DNA from: an uncultured delta proteobacterium
GTDB lineage: Bacteria > Desulfobacterota > RBG-13-43-22
Direction: 5' to 3'
Assembly (NCBI GenBank): GCA_963711835.1
Contig: CAVQFQ010000017.1
Location: 160,001 to 224,000 of the forward strand
DNA: 64,000 nt
Shown here: piece after piece, positions 29,017 through 39,161 of the stretch
Layout: each line of letters begins with the position of its first letter
How positions within the stretch are numbered: the stretch's first letter is position 1
The notes under the pieces: model-generated
What the model was told of the DNA's origin: nothing
Databases searched by the model: none
Seen by the model: the letters and a program-made list of their open reading frames with translations, nothing else
Translations under genes and position numbers: made by a program

Positions 29017-30417
29017 ATGGGTGAGAGGATTTTAATCGTTGACGATGAAATAGATATGCTCGAGCTGCTGAAGCGGATCATCGAAGATAAGACCCCCTAT
29101 CGTGTCGTTACCACCCCGGACCCCCTGGATGTCCCCTTATTATTGGAAGAGAATAGTTTTGATCTGGTCATTACCGACCTGCGCATGCCGGGAGAAACCG
29201 GCCTGGATCTCCTGGAAAAGATCCGGACAAAACACGACAAGATCCCGATCATCATGATCACCGCCTATGGAACCGTTGAAACGGCCGTAGAGGCCATGCA
29301 GAAAGGGGCCTTCAGCTATATCACCAAGCCCTTTAAAAAAGAGGAAATTCTGGTCACGATTGAAAAGGCCCTGGATTACCATCACCTTAAGGAGGAAAAT
29401 CTTAGTTTAAGAAAAGAGCTGGAAAAGGAGATCAAATACCCCTTTATCATCGGCAGCAGCCCGGTTATGGAAAGGGTCTACCAGCGGATCACCCAGGTAG
29501 CAAAAACCTCGGCTACCATCCTGATCACCGGGGATTCCGGAACCGGAAAGGAACTGGCCGCTAAAACCCTTCATTATCACAGCCTGCGAAACAATAAGAA
29601 TTTCGTAGCCGTCAACTGCTCGGCTATCCCTGAAACCTTAATTGAAAGCGAATTGTTCGGCCATATCAAGGGGGCCTTTACCGGGGCCATCCGGGATAAG
29701 AAGGGATTGGTCGAAGAGGCCGAAGGCGGGACTTTTTTCCTCGATGAAATCGGGGACCTCAATGTAATTATGCAAACCAAACTGCTCCGCCTTTTGCAGG
29801 AAGGGGAATTCAAGCCCGTAGGCAGTTCCAAAACCCTGACGGCCGATATCCGGTTCATCGCCGCCACCAACCAGGATCTCCTGGAAAAGGTAAGGAAAAA
29901 AGAATTTCGGGAGGATTTATACTACCGTTTGAATGTGATTCAATTGCGCCTGCCGGCCTTACGGGAGCGCAAAGAGGACATTCCCCTTTTGGCCGAGCAT
30001 TTTCTGGAAAAATTTAACCGCCTGAATCAAAAAGAGATCAAAGGCATCTCGCGGGAGGCCTCGGAAATGTTGCTCTCCCGGGAATGGCCGGGAAATATCC
30101 GGGAATTGGAAAATGTGATCGAGCGGGGGGTTATTCTGAGCCGGGGCGATACCCTCCAGATCCAGGATCTCTTCCCGGCCGATCATCCGGCCGGAATCCC
30201 TATGGATATGAGCGAGGACTTGTTCCAGGCGCCTTTTAAAGAGGCCAAGGATCGGTTGATCGCCAACTTCAATGCCGAGTATATACGCCGGGTCCTGGCC
30301 AAATACGGGGGCAATGTTTCCCTGGCGGCTAAGGAATGCGGACTGAAAAGGCCCTACCTGCACCGGTTGATGCGGGAGAATGACATCCAGGCCAAAAGCT
30401 TTCGCAACTCCGAGTAA
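29017..30417 (+). CDS. Sigma54-dependent NtrC-family response regulator (receiver-AAA-HTH)
   Basis: GDSGTGKE, ESELFGHIKGAFTGA, FLDEIG, FREDLYYRLNV, WPGNIREL. Confidence 0.95.
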   Translation: MGERILIVDDEIDMLELLKRIIEDKTPYRVVTTPDPLDVPLLLEENSFDLVITDLRMPGETGLDLLEKIRTKHDKIPIIMITAYGTVETAVEAMQKGAFSYITKPFKKEEILVTIEKALDYHHLKEENLSLRKELEKEIKYPFIIGSSPVMERVYQRITQVAKTSATILITGDSGTGKELAAKTLHYHSLRNNKNFVAVNCSAIPETLIESELFGHIKGAFTGAIRDKKGLVEEAEGGTFFLDEIGDLNVIMQTKLLRLLQEGEFKPVGSSKTLTADIRFIAATNQDLLEKVRKKEFREDLYYRLNVIQLRLPALRERKEDIPLLAEHFLEKFNRLNQKEIKGISREASEMLLSREWPGNIRELENVIERGVILSRGDTLQIQDLFPADHPAGIPMDMSEDLFQAPFKEAKDRLIANFNAEYIRRVLAKYGGNVSLAAKECGLKRPYLHRLMRENDIQAKSFRNSE

Positions 30418-30649
30418 TCCTCGAAGTTGCATAAAAAGGGAAGAGATGAAGTGGAACTAAATTCGTCCGGGATGATGCTTTGGTTAAAGGCAACACAGTC
30501 TCTATGAGGAAGAGGATGAAAAGGGTATGTACTTTTTTAATGACAGTAACTGTAACCAACAGAGTTCACTAATGGGAGGACCCGGAACCTGTCTGGTAAA
30601 AAATCTTGATAAATTAACCAATTAAACGGCCGGCGGGCGTGTATTTTTT

Positions 30650-30665
30650 TGGCATAATTCTTGAT
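30650..30665 (+). promoter_or_regulatory. Putative sigma54 promoter of the TauE-1 operon
   Basis: TGGCAT-AATTC-TTGAT about 60 bp before the start, directly downstream of a sigma54 activator gene. Confidence 0.55.
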
Positions 30666-30724
30666 GTTTTAAGGAAGGTTTTAAGTCCAGATTAATAACA
30701 AGGTCAGGGATGAGAGGAGGATCT

Positions 30725-31984
30725 ATGAATGTCGGCAGGGAAGTCTTCGAGTTTTTAAAGGCCGGGGCCGTGGCCCATGCCAAATGGGACTATGAAGTCT
30801 CCATGAATATCCTGCATAACAGGAAAAAATTGATCATTTTGCTTTGTATGCTCCTGCCCATTTTTGCAGTGGCCCTTTGCGAAGGGGCCAATATCCTGGG
30901 CGGCAAGACCGCTTATGCCCCGGCCCATTATACCACGACGATCTTTCTGGTTTCCATTGCCATCGGGCTCAGTGCCGGATTGATCACCGGCTGTATCGGG
31001 GCCGGGGGGGGCTTTATTATCACCCCGGCTTTAATGGCCGCCGGGGTCAAAGGCATCCTGGCCGTAGGGACGGACCTCTTCCATATCTTCGCCAAGGCGA
31101 TCATGGGCACGGCGGTTCATAAAAAACTGGGCAATGTTTCGGTCAAGCTGGCCGTTGCCTTTTTAGTCGGCTCCGGGGTAGGGACGTTTATCGGCGGCTA
31201 CATCAACAAGACCCTCTATAACATCGATCCTCTTTTGAGCGATACCTTCATCAGCGTCGTTTACGCCATCCTCCTGGGATTCCTGGGATTTTATGCCTTG
31301 TTTGATTTCATAAAATCGTCCAGAAGCAGTAGTGCCGCTCCTTCGTCCGGAGGGGGTCATGACGCCCACGGGGGGCCCTCAGGAGTAACCGGGGTGGCGA
31401 TTAAAATACAGAACCTGAAAATTCCCCCCATGATCGGGTTTGATGAAGATCTGGGAGGCCGAAAGATTTCAGGGGTGATCGTGGCCCTGGGAGGGGTCAT
31501 CGTCGGCATGCTGGCGGCCCTGATGGGTGTCGGAGGGGGCTTTGTCACCTTCCCCATGTTCGTTTATATCTTCGGTGTTTCCTCCATGACTACGGTCGGG
31601 ACCGACATCCTCCAGATTATCTTCACGGCCGGATTGGCGGCTATCGCCCAGTATGCCATCTATGGCTATGTATTCTATTCCCTGGCCATGGGCATGCTGA
31701 TCGGATCTTTGATCGGCATTCAAGTGGGCGCCCTGACCACCAAGGTGGTCAAGGGCATCCATATCCGGGGATTCTATGCCGTTTCCATACTGGCCGGTTT
31801 CATCAACCGGGCCGCTACCCTACCCAAGAAGTTATCCGAAATGGAAATAATCAATATTCCCAAATCCGTCAGCGGACCCATTGATTTTGTCGGGGCCATC
31901 ATTTTCTGGATTGTGGTGGGCTTTTTCGGCCTCTGGGTCCTGAGCAAGTTTTTTGGAAATTTAAAGGCATTGAGGGAGGGATAA
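30725..31984 (+). CDS. TauE/SafE (TSUP) family permease 1
   Basis: Duplicated motifs GCIGAGGGFIITP...AVGTDL and GVGGGFVTFP...TVGTDI. GAGGAGG RBS. Confidence 0.88.
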   Translation: MNVGREVFEFLKAGAVAHAKWDYEVSMNILHNRKKLIILLCMLLPIFAVALCEGANILGGKTAYAPAHYTTTIFLVSIAIGLSAGLITGCIGAGGGFIITPALMAAGVKGILAVGTDLFHIFAKAIMGTAVHKKLGNVSVKLAVAFLVGSGVGTFIGGYINKTLYNIDPLLSDTFISVVYAILLGFLGFYALFDFIKSSRSSSAAPSSGGGHDAHGGPSGVTGVAIKIQNLKIPPMIGFDEDLGGRKISGVIVALGGVIVGMLAALMGVGGGFVTFPMFVYIFGVSSMTTVGTDILQIIFTAGLAAIAQYAIYGYVFYSLAMGMLIGSLIGIQVGALTTKVVKGIHIRGFYAVSILAGFINRAATLPKKLSEMEIINIPKSVSGPIDFVGAIIFWIVVGFFGLWVLSKFFGNLKALREG

Positions 31985-31988
31985 AGCC

Positions 31989-32702
31989 ATGGTGATCGCA
32001 AACAAAGGACCTTTTACGCTGGGACTATTTATGGCCATCTCCTTCTTGGGGGTCTTGCTGTTAATTTTTTCACCGATCTACGGCGGCGGCATGAACGGTC
32101 TGGACTATGCCGACGACCTTTTCAACAAGCTGGCCAAAGGATCTTCCTATTTCATACCCAAATTGAAGGAAGCCAATAAAAACTTCCAGGGAAGAAACTT
32201 TAACGCCGCCATCACCATAGACGATGCCAAAGAAGCCGGACAGGTCCAAAAACTTTTTACCGTCGCCGGTGCCGCCGTTGAAATGCAAGGGACGAACCTG
32301 ACGATCAGCGGCGATTTGGGAAAGACCATGGAGGCCGCTTTGCGGGACGCCGATTATATGTTTAAGAACCAGGGCCAAGAGGTGATGGCCCCTTATGGAT
32401 TCGATGAAAAGGAAGTCATGAAAAGCTGGTGGACCGGCTTGTCCAAGATGGACAAATTTTTTAAGAAGAACCTCAAGATCGAAGAGGCCAATCACATCTC
32501 TGAAGTGAATAAAAAAGGGATCGAGCCGGCTTATAATTTTTATAAGGTGGAATCCCAGCGGGTGGCCGATCGGGCCGGGATCATGATCTTTTTACTGGTC
32601 TTCTATGTGATTTATACCATGTGGTGGGGCTACGCCATTTTTTATCTTTTTGACGGCGTGGGATTAACCATGAAAAAGGCCAAGGTCAAGAAAGAGGTCT
32701 GA
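31989..32702 (+). CDS. Hypothetical two-TM protein with extracytoplasmic domain, coupled to TauE-1
   Basis: N- and C-terminal TMs, GGAGG RBS, 4 bp after TauE-1. Confidence 0.75.
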   Translation: MVIANKGPFTLGLFMAISFLGVLLLIFSPIYGGGMNGLDYADDLFNKLAKGSSYFIPKLKEANKNFQGRNFNAAITIDDAKEAGQVQKLFTVAGAAVEMQGTNLTISGDLGKTMEAALRDADYMFKNQGQEVMAPYGFDEKEVMKSWWTGLSKMDKFFKKNLKIEEANHISEVNKKGIEPAYNFYKVESQRVADRAGIMIFLLVFYVIYTMWWGYAIFYLFDGVGLTMKKAKVKKEV

Positions 32703-32735
32703 TCTGACCCAAAGAACAGAACGGGAGGAGACCCC

Positions 32736-33167
32736 ATGAAAATATTAGCGGCCATAGACGGATCCAAAGATGCTATGCAGGGGGCCAGACTGGCCTTGGG
32801 GATGGCCAAGGCCCAGGCAGCCGTGGTAACGCTGTTAGCCGTCATCCCGGTTTACCCTGATATTGACCTGGAAATCTCGGCCAGGGCGCGCGAATCCCTG
32901 GACAGTAAATTGAGTTCCCAGGCGGAAAAGGCCTTGACCCAGGCCAAGGCCCTATTCCAGGACCAGGGAATAACCCCCAGGGCCCTGATCATCAGTGCCG
33001 GTTCCATCGCCGATGAAATCGTCAAGATGGCGGAGGAAGAGCAGGTTGATCTGATTGTCATCGGGAGTCGCGGCCTGGGGGCTACCGGACGGTTTACGCT
33101 GGGAGGAACGGCCATGAAGATCATCAGCCAAGCCCCCTCCTCGGTCTTGGTGGCTAGGGCAACCTAA
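32736..33167 (+). CDS. Universal stress protein (USP 2)
   Basis: KILAAIDGS, DLIVIGSRG, LGGT. Confidence 0.9.
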   Translation: MKILAAIDGSKDAMQGARLALGMAKAQAAVVTLLAVIPVYPDIDLEISARARESLDSKLSSQAEKALTQAKALFQDQGITPRALIISAGSIADEIVKMAEEEQVDLIVIGSRGLGATGRFTLGGTAMKIISQAPSSVLVARAT

Positions 33168-33170
33168 ATG

Positions 33171-33209
33171 ATGAGGATCATCGCCAACTAATTTGGAGAT
33201 GATCCTCAT
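33171..33209. terminator. Hairpin between convergent genes (probable bidirectional terminator)
   Basis: ATGAGGATCATC / GATGATCCTCAT 12-bp stem followed by Ts. Confidence 0.6.
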
Positions 33210-33213
33210 TTTA

Positions 33214-34311
33214 TTACTTGTCGGGATCGAAACAGTAATTTCCCCTCAGGAAGGCCTCGATGTGCCAGGAGACGATGGATTCATTGTTCATGACCATGTC
33301 CCGCTGGCGAACACAGCCCATCAGGCGGCCGATAAGATCCAACTGATGCTCCATTAAGGGCCCGGCTTTCCGAAGCAAGCGGGCTTCCACCAGGTCTTTC
33401 TGGACGACAACCTCAAAGTCCATATTTTCCAAAACAGCTCCGATAAAGCGGGCCCGGCGGGCCCGGCGGATATCATCGGCCGCCCCGCCCTTGAACATAA
33501 AGCGAATGTGGTTGTTCTCCGGGTACTCGGAGACATAGGCCTCTACGGAATTATAATGATAGCCCAAGCGGGAATTGTAATTCATATAATCCCTGGAGAG
33601 CAAGGCGTAGGTCTTGTCCCAAAAGTCTTCCTCGGGCCGGCTCGAACTTTGGGCCATGATGACCATTAACCCTTTTAAATTAACCCCGATAGGTCCGGAC
33701 CAGGTTATGCCCGGATAAACCATGCCCCGAAAGAGGGCCTGCATGGGCCGGGAAAGGATCTTTTCTCTGGGCAGGAGTTTCTTGTCGGTTTCTTCGGAAA
33801 TTCCGCCGTCCAGGTCCATGACGTGGAGATTGATCGGCAACCCGCTTTGGACTTTTTTGGCTTTTCCCCAACTGGGATCATAGCGATCCAGGAGATCGAA
33901 CATCCCTTCTATGGCCAGTTCATGGCCATAATCGAGGAGATCCGGGAGGGAAAGGAGTTCTTTACGGGGGAAAGGTCCGGCATTGGGAAAGTCATTGGCG
34001 TGGAGGGTTTGGAAAAAAGCAGCCCCGACTTTTTGATCAGGATTCCTTTGAATCAATTTCTGAATTTGCTGAAAGACCCTGACCAGATCCAACGAACAGG
34101 TGTTGCCGATCAGGTTAAGGGACTCCAGGGTAACCCCCAGGGGTAAGGCCAGGTCCTGCCGGGGGTCCCGGGGGTCCATTAAGATCTGCAGGGCTTCTCT
34201 TCGAGCCCCGAGCAATCTCAAAAAATGGCCATAAATGGTTTGGAAATTTTCTATTAAGGAGACCTTGGGTTTGGAATCCAGCTTTATCAGGTTTTTTAGC
34301 CAATTTTTCAT
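33214..34311 (-). CDS. Short paralogue of the PEP-synthase-like proteins with only the N-terminal helix and C-terminal domain
   Basis: YMNYNSRLGYH, FMFKGGAAD..R.RRARFI and RQRDMVM match the three long paralogues. ATP-grasp and His motifs are absent. Confidence 0.8.
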   Translation of the reverse strand: MKNWLKNLIKLDSKPKVSLIENFQTIYGHFLRLLGARREALQILMDPRDPRQDLALPLGVTLESLNLIGNTCSLDLVRVFQQIQKLIQRNPDQKVGAAFFQTLHANDFPNAGPFPRKELLSLPDLLDYGHELAIEGMFDLLDRYDPSWGKAKKVQSGLPINLHVMDLDGGISEETDKKLLPREKILSRPMQALFRGMVYPGITWSGPIGVNLKGLMVIMAQSSSRPEEDFWDKTYALLSRDYMNYNSRLGYHYNSVEAYVSEYPENNHIRFMFKGGAADDIRRARRARFIGAVLENMDFEVVVQKDLVEARLLRKAGPLMEHQLDLIGRLMGCVRQRDMVMNNESIVSWHIEAFLRGNYCFDPDK

Positions 34312-34738
34312 AGGAAAACCAACCCCCATTTGGGACGGGGTGATCCTTAATAGGTCAGGCCCTCATCCCGCCGGCAGCCTGAGACGGCAGGCTATTTTCA
34401 AGCTTGCTGAAAGCCCAGTTTTACTCTATTATCCTTCTATCTTCAAGAGTTATTAAGGGTCTCATAATAGTCTTGACCTGAAATTGAGGAGCTTGCCTTA
34501 AATGGGACCGGGGGGTCTTTTTTTCTGGGTTGTCCACCTTCAAGCCCAAAGTCCCGCCTGGCGGGACAGGCCACCACTAATGCCCGAAACGGACTCGGGT
34601 GAATGCCCTGCACCTAACCCCTTTAGCCGTCCGGGCCGGGATAGGGCGATGAGTGACCCTTTGGACAACCCCAGAAAAGAAGACCCCCCGGTCCCTGTTG
34701 GTCACTATTATTTTGAGACCCTTAATGAAAGGTCCTTT

Positions 34739-34927
34739 ATGACGGGCATCTTGGAATATTTAATCCGCCTGGCCGGTGACGCCGATCCCCTTCAAAAGGG
34801 TTTCCAGGCCCAGCCCGGGTATATCTTTTTTAACATCGTGATCCCAATTCTCCTGGGCGGGCTCCTGTCACGGATTACCGGGCCTATCGAACGTATTGTC
34901 GGCCGTCTGATCGGAAAAACCGGATAA
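34739..34927 (+). CDS. Small single-TM protein preceding TauE-2
   Basis: GAAAGG RBS before the ATG at 34739, hydrophobic IFFNIVIPILLGGLL, 10 bp before TauE-2. Start uncertain (34649 is possible). Confidence 0.5.
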   Translation: MTGILEYLIRLAGDADPLQKGFQAQPGYIFFNIVIPILLGGLLSRITGPIERIVGRLIGKTG

Positions 34928-34937
34928 GGCCCCGGTT

Positions 34938-35894
34938 ATGGAGAGATTTCCCACCTTTTTCCCTATTGCGGACTATTGGGCCCGGCTCCAGGGGGGCGAA
35001 CCCCAGCTCCTGATCTGGGCTCTCCTGGTTTTTGGTCTGGTGGTCGGCATCTTGACCGGATTTTTTGGCGGCGGCGGCCGGTTTTTAATGGCTCCCCTGT
35101 TAAATACCCTTTTTAATGTCCCCTATAATGTAGCCGTCGGCAGCGATGTCTGTCAGATGGCCGGGACCTCCACACTGAATATCCTTCGTTTTAGACGGCT
35201 GAACAGTATCGATTTTAAGTTGGGGGCCTGGATGCTGGCCGGGACCGTCTTGGGGGTAGAAAGCGGGGCTCAACTCCTGGAAGGACTGAAAAAGGCCGGC
35301 CCTTTTTTCTTGTTTGGTAAAGCGATTTTCGTGATGCCGATCATCCTGGGGATCATCTATGGCGCCATCCTGGTCTGGATAGGCAGTGTGCTGTACCGGG
35401 AGGCTCGAACCGGTGCCGGGGACATGGCTTGTGAAGGCTTGATGACGGCTTCTCCTCCGGCCATGACTTCCAAGCTCCAACAACTCCATATCCCGCCCAT
35501 GATTTCATTACCGGTTTCAGGAATCGAGGCCATCTCCATTTGGATGATCCTCGGCATAGGCTTTATAACCGGACTGCTGGTCGGTTTTTTGGGCGGCGGC
35601 GGCGGATTTATACGGATGCCGGCCTTGATTTACGTCATCGGCTGTCCCATGGTAGTGGCGATCGGGACCGATCTCTTTGAAAGCGTTTTTTCCATGGGCT
35701 ACGGGACCTACAGCCATTCCCTGAAAGGGAATATCGATCTGCTGCTGGTGGTCCTGATTTTAATCAGCAGCGCTGTCGGCAATCAAATCGGAAGCCTGCT
35801 GGCCAGGCGGTTTTGCCACCCCCGGGTGCGGCAGGCCTTTGCTTACGTGGCCTTGTTGACGGTGCTGCTTATCCTTTTTAAACTTTTTCTTTAA
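34938..35894 (+). CDS. TauE/SafE (TSUP) family permease 2
   Basis: GFFGGGG...AVGSD and GFLGGGGGFIRMPALIY...AIGTDLF. Confidence 0.85.
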   Translation: MERFPTFFPIADYWARLQGGEPQLLIWALLVFGLVVGILTGFFGGGGRFLMAPLLNTLFNVPYNVAVGSDVCQMAGTSTLNILRFRRLNSIDFKLGAWMLAGTVLGVESGAQLLEGLKKAGPFFLFGKAIFVMPIILGIIYGAILVWIGSVLYREARTGAGDMACEGLMTASPPAMTSKLQQLHIPPMISLPVSGIEAISIWMILGIGFITGLLVGFLGGGGGFIRMPALIYVIGCPMVVAIGTDLFESVFSMGYGTYSHSLKGNIDLLLVVLILISSAVGNQIGSLLARRFCHPRVRQAFAYVALLTVLLILFKLFL

Positions 35895-35903
35895 CCAATT
35901 GGC

Positions 35904-36005
35904 ATCGTTCAAAAGTTTGGGCATTATATTTCTGATACCGGAGGGAAGGGGACCGGTGGTCCCCAGTCAGGCAATAATGCGCCGGTGCCCAAACTTTTGA
36001 ACGAT
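35904..36005. mobile_element. Short palindromic element (copy C, empty form of the 58601 element)
   Basis: Perfect 20-bp IR ATCGTTCAAAAGTTTGGGCA. Its reverse complement aligns with both outer arms of 58601-58916. Confidence 0.75.
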
Positions 36006-36024
36006 ACTAACCCATTCCTATCCC

Positions 36025-38628
36025 ATGTTTGATATTAAGGGCTATTTTAAAAAGCGGGCCGAAGGCAAGATCCAGAAGGCCGAAAAGGAGCGGGAGGCCG
36101 TCCGGCTGGCCTTTACCAACCGCTATCTGAATTTCAAGACCCTCTTGAGCCTCAATGATAAAGTCTTGGAGATCATGGCTGAAATGGAACAGGTCTTAAC
36201 CGGAAGCCGCAGTTTCGGTATGGCTTTCATCCGGGCCCATTGTACCGCCCTGTCGGTCAATCTCTTTAAAATCATTCAAAACCTCAATGAGATCACCGAG
36301 CAACGAAACCGAGCCCTTTTTCAAGCCTTTGACGGGATTTGGGAAAAGATCGACCGGGAATTAAATAGAAAAAAGAAAGCCTCTCAAGGGGCCTGGGTCC
36401 TGCCTCTTGAGTCCATCACTATGGAGACGGCCGATCAGGCCGGAAACAAGATGGCCCATTTGGGCGAAGTGAAAAACCGGCTGGGCCTTTCCGTACCGGA
36501 CGGTTTTGTCATCACCGCCGCGGCCTATGAGTTTTTTATGGACGGCAGCGGTCTCCAGGAAGAGATCAACCGTCGGATCCAGTTTCTGGAACCCGACAAT
36601 ATTGCCCAACTCCACGAAACCAGTGCCGAGATTCAAAAGATAATTGTCCAGACCGACCTGCCCCGAGAACTGGAAGAGGCCATCCGGACAGCCTATCGGG
36701 ATTTACTGAAAAAGGCCGGAAATGAGGTCCGGGTCTCCCTGCGCAGCAGCGCCCTGGGGGAAGATGCCGAGGGCGCCTCCTTCGCCGGTCAGTACCGTTC
36801 TATTCTGAATGTCAGTTCCGAATTTATGATGCTCTCCTATAAAGAAATCGTAGCCAGTAAATATTCGGTGCCCGCCATGGCCTACCGTTTGAATATGGGC
36901 TTCCTGGATGAAGATATCATTATGTGTGTCGGATGTATGACCATGGTTGAGGCCCTGGCGGCCGGGGTGATGTATTCGGCTGACCCGGGGGATTCCTTTC
37001 CAGACAGCATTGTGATTAATGCCGTCTGGGGGTTGGGCAAGGCGGTGGTGGACGGCAGTTTTACGCCGGATCTTTTTGTCCTCGGCAAACAAGATTTAGG
37101 GGTTTTCCGGCATAAAACCATTCAAAAGAAAGAACAGAAGATCGTTTGCCATGCCGAAGAAGGGACTTTATTTGAAGAGGTGGAGGTCCGGGACCAGGAA
37201 ACCCCGGCCTTGAGGGATGAACAGGCCCGGCGACTGGCCGAAATAGCCATCCACCTGGAGAACCATTTCCATACGCCTCAGGATATCGAATGGGCTCTGG
37301 AATCGGATGGGACGATCCGAATCCTGCAAAGCCGGCCCCTCATGGTTTCCGGCCAAACCAAGACTTCGGAACAGAAAGGGGCCGCCTTGGCCCCGGATCT
37401 CCCGGTGTTGGTTGAGGGGGGCATCACCGCCAGTCCCGGTGCCGCCTATGGGCCGGCCTTTCCGGTTGAGACGGCGGTGGATATGTTGCAGTTTCCGGCC
37501 GGCGGGGTTCTGGTGGCCAGGAATCCTTTGCCCCAATGGGCCGCTCTTTTGAATAAAGCAGTAGCAGTCATAACCGACCAGGGGGCCCTTACCGGACACC
37601 TGGCGGCCGTGGCCCGGGAATTCAAGATCCCGGCCCTGATGGGCCTTTCTTCGGCCTCCAGGACCATACGAAAGGGTGATTGGATTACGGTCGATGCCGA
37701 CGGGCAAAGGGTTTATGCCGGCCGGGCCGAGCTCCTCTTGGCGCGGGCCTCTGAAAAATCCAGCCTGATGAAAGGGAGCCCGGTTTATCAGACCCTGGAG
37801 CAGGTTTTGACTTATATCGCCCCGTTGCATTTGACCGATCCGGAAGGGTCTGATTTCACGCCGGAAGGCTGCCGGAGCCTCCATGATGTCATCCGCTATG
37901 CCCATGAAATGTCCCTGCGGGAGCTCTTTGATTATGATAAAGAGGTATCTTTTTCCGAGAAGGCGGCCAAAAAACTGATTTCCGATCTCCCGATGCAGTG
38001 GTGGGTGTTGGACCTGGAAGGAGGGATCAGACCGGGGCAGGACGGCCCTACCCTTGGGATCGAAGATATAACCTCTATCCCTTTATTGGCTTTGTGGGCG
38101 GGATTGAAGGCCTTTCCCTGGAAAGGACCCCCGGCGGTAGATGCCAAGGGATTCCTTTCCATCCTGGCCGAATCCGCTATGGACCCTTCTTTGGAAGGCG
38201 GGCAGGGCTCAACCCTGGCCGGGAAAAATTACCTGATCGTCTCCCGGGATTTTTTTCATCTCAGTACCAAGTTGGGGTTTCATTTTTCCACGGTAGAAGC
38301 TTTTCTGGGAGATCGGGTGGCTGAAAATTATGTCTGGTTCTATTTTAAAGGCGGGGCGGCCGATCGCCAGCGCAAGGAACAAAGGACCCGGTTGATAAAA
38401 ACGATTCTGGAAAGATTCCATTTCTGGGTTCAGATTAAGGGGGACATGATTTCGGCCCGACTCGAACGCCGGGAAAAAGGCTATTTGGTGGAACGCTTAA
38501 AGGTTTTGGGGTATCTTATCCTGCATACCCGGCAGTTGGATATGGTCCTGGCCGATAGCGGTCGCGTCAACTGGTATCTGGATAAGATGCTTAAGGAGCT
38601 GTCCGGTTTTATTGAAATACCAGACTAA
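36025..38628 (+). CDS. PEP-synthase-like protein 2
   Basis: GNKMAHLGE, RSSALGED, SFAGQY, QDIEWA, LQSRP, TGHLAAVARE (His525). Same non-canonical C-terminal domain. Confidence 0.85.
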   Translation: MFDIKGYFKKRAEGKIQKAEKEREAVRLAFTNRYLNFKTLLSLNDKVLEIMAEMEQVLTGSRSFGMAFIRAHCTALSVNLFKIIQNLNEITEQRNRALFQAFDGIWEKIDRELNRKKKASQGAWVLPLESITMETADQAGNKMAHLGEVKNRLGLSVPDGFVITAAAYEFFMDGSGLQEEINRRIQFLEPDNIAQLHETSAEIQKIIVQTDLPRELEEAIRTAYRDLLKKAGNEVRVSLRSSALGEDAEGASFAGQYRSILNVSSEFMMLSYKEIVASKYSVPAMAYRLNMGFLDEDIIMCVGCMTMVEALAAGVMYSADPGDSFPDSIVINAVWGLGKAVVDGSFTPDLFVLGKQDLGVFRHKTIQKKEQKIVCHAEEGTLFEEVEVRDQETPALRDEQARRLAEIAIHLENHFHTPQDIEWALESDGTIRILQSRPLMVSGQTKTSEQKGAALAPDLPVLVEGGITASPGAAYGPAFPVETAVDMLQFPAGGVLVARNPLPQWAALLNKAVAVITDQGALTGHLAAVAREFKIPALMGLSSASRTIRKGDWITVDADGQRVYAGRAELLLARASEKSSLMKGSPVYQTLEQVLTYIAPLHLTDPEGSDFTPEGCRSLHDVIRYAHEMSLRELFDYDKEVSFSEKAAKKLISDLPMQWWVLDLEGGIRPGQDGPTLGIEDITSIPLLALWAGLKAFPWKGPPAVDAKGFLSILAESAMDPSLEGGQGSTLAGKNYLIVSRDFFHLSTKLGFHFSTVEAFLGDRVAENYVWFYFKGGAADRQRKEQRTRLIKTILERFHFWVQIKGDMISARLERREKGYLVERLKVLGYLILHTRQLDMVLADSGRVNWYLDKMLKELSGFIEIPD

Positions 38629-38708
38629 TTGGTCGGATTCTATAAAAGGAACCAGGTCATTATCTTTGTTCAGGGTTTAATTCCTGGACGGGGAAAAAGG
38701 GGGACACC

Positions 38709-39101
38709 ATGAAGGGCATTCGCGTACTGTTAGTCGATGATGAAGAAGATTTTCGGGTCACCCTGGCTAAAAGACTTCAAAAAAGGGATTTGGAGGTGGT
38801 GGCGGTCGAAAGCGGCCGGCAGGCCCTGGAAGCGGTCAAGGGGCAGCCTCCGGATGTCGTTGTCCTGGATGTCAAGATGCCCGGGATGGACGGCCTGGAA
38901 ACCCTTCGGGAGCTGAAGCAGATTAACCCGTTAATCGAGGTGATTATGCTCACCGGCCACGCCTCGGTGGAATCGGGTATTGAGGGGATGCGCCTGGGGG
39001 CTTTTGATTATTTAATGAAGCCCTGCGACATCAATGATTTGGTCCTTAAGATCGGAGATGCCTACCAGCGGAGGCTGGCCCAGGAAGGGGCGCTCCAATA
39101 G
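38709..39101 (+). CDS. Stand-alone response regulator receiver
   Basis: LVDDE, DVKMPG, LTGH, KP. Confidence 0.9.
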   Translation: MKGIRVLLVDDEEDFRVTLAKRLQKRDLEVVAVESGRQALEAVKGQPPDVVVLDVKMPGMDGLETLRELKQINPLIEVIMLTGHASVESGIEGMRLGAFDYLMKPCDINDLVLKIGDAYQRRLAQEGALQ

Positions 39102-39161
39102 GCCGGCGGAGAATTCGGATAGGAGAGGATACCTCATGAAACGGTTTCCGGCATCACCGGC

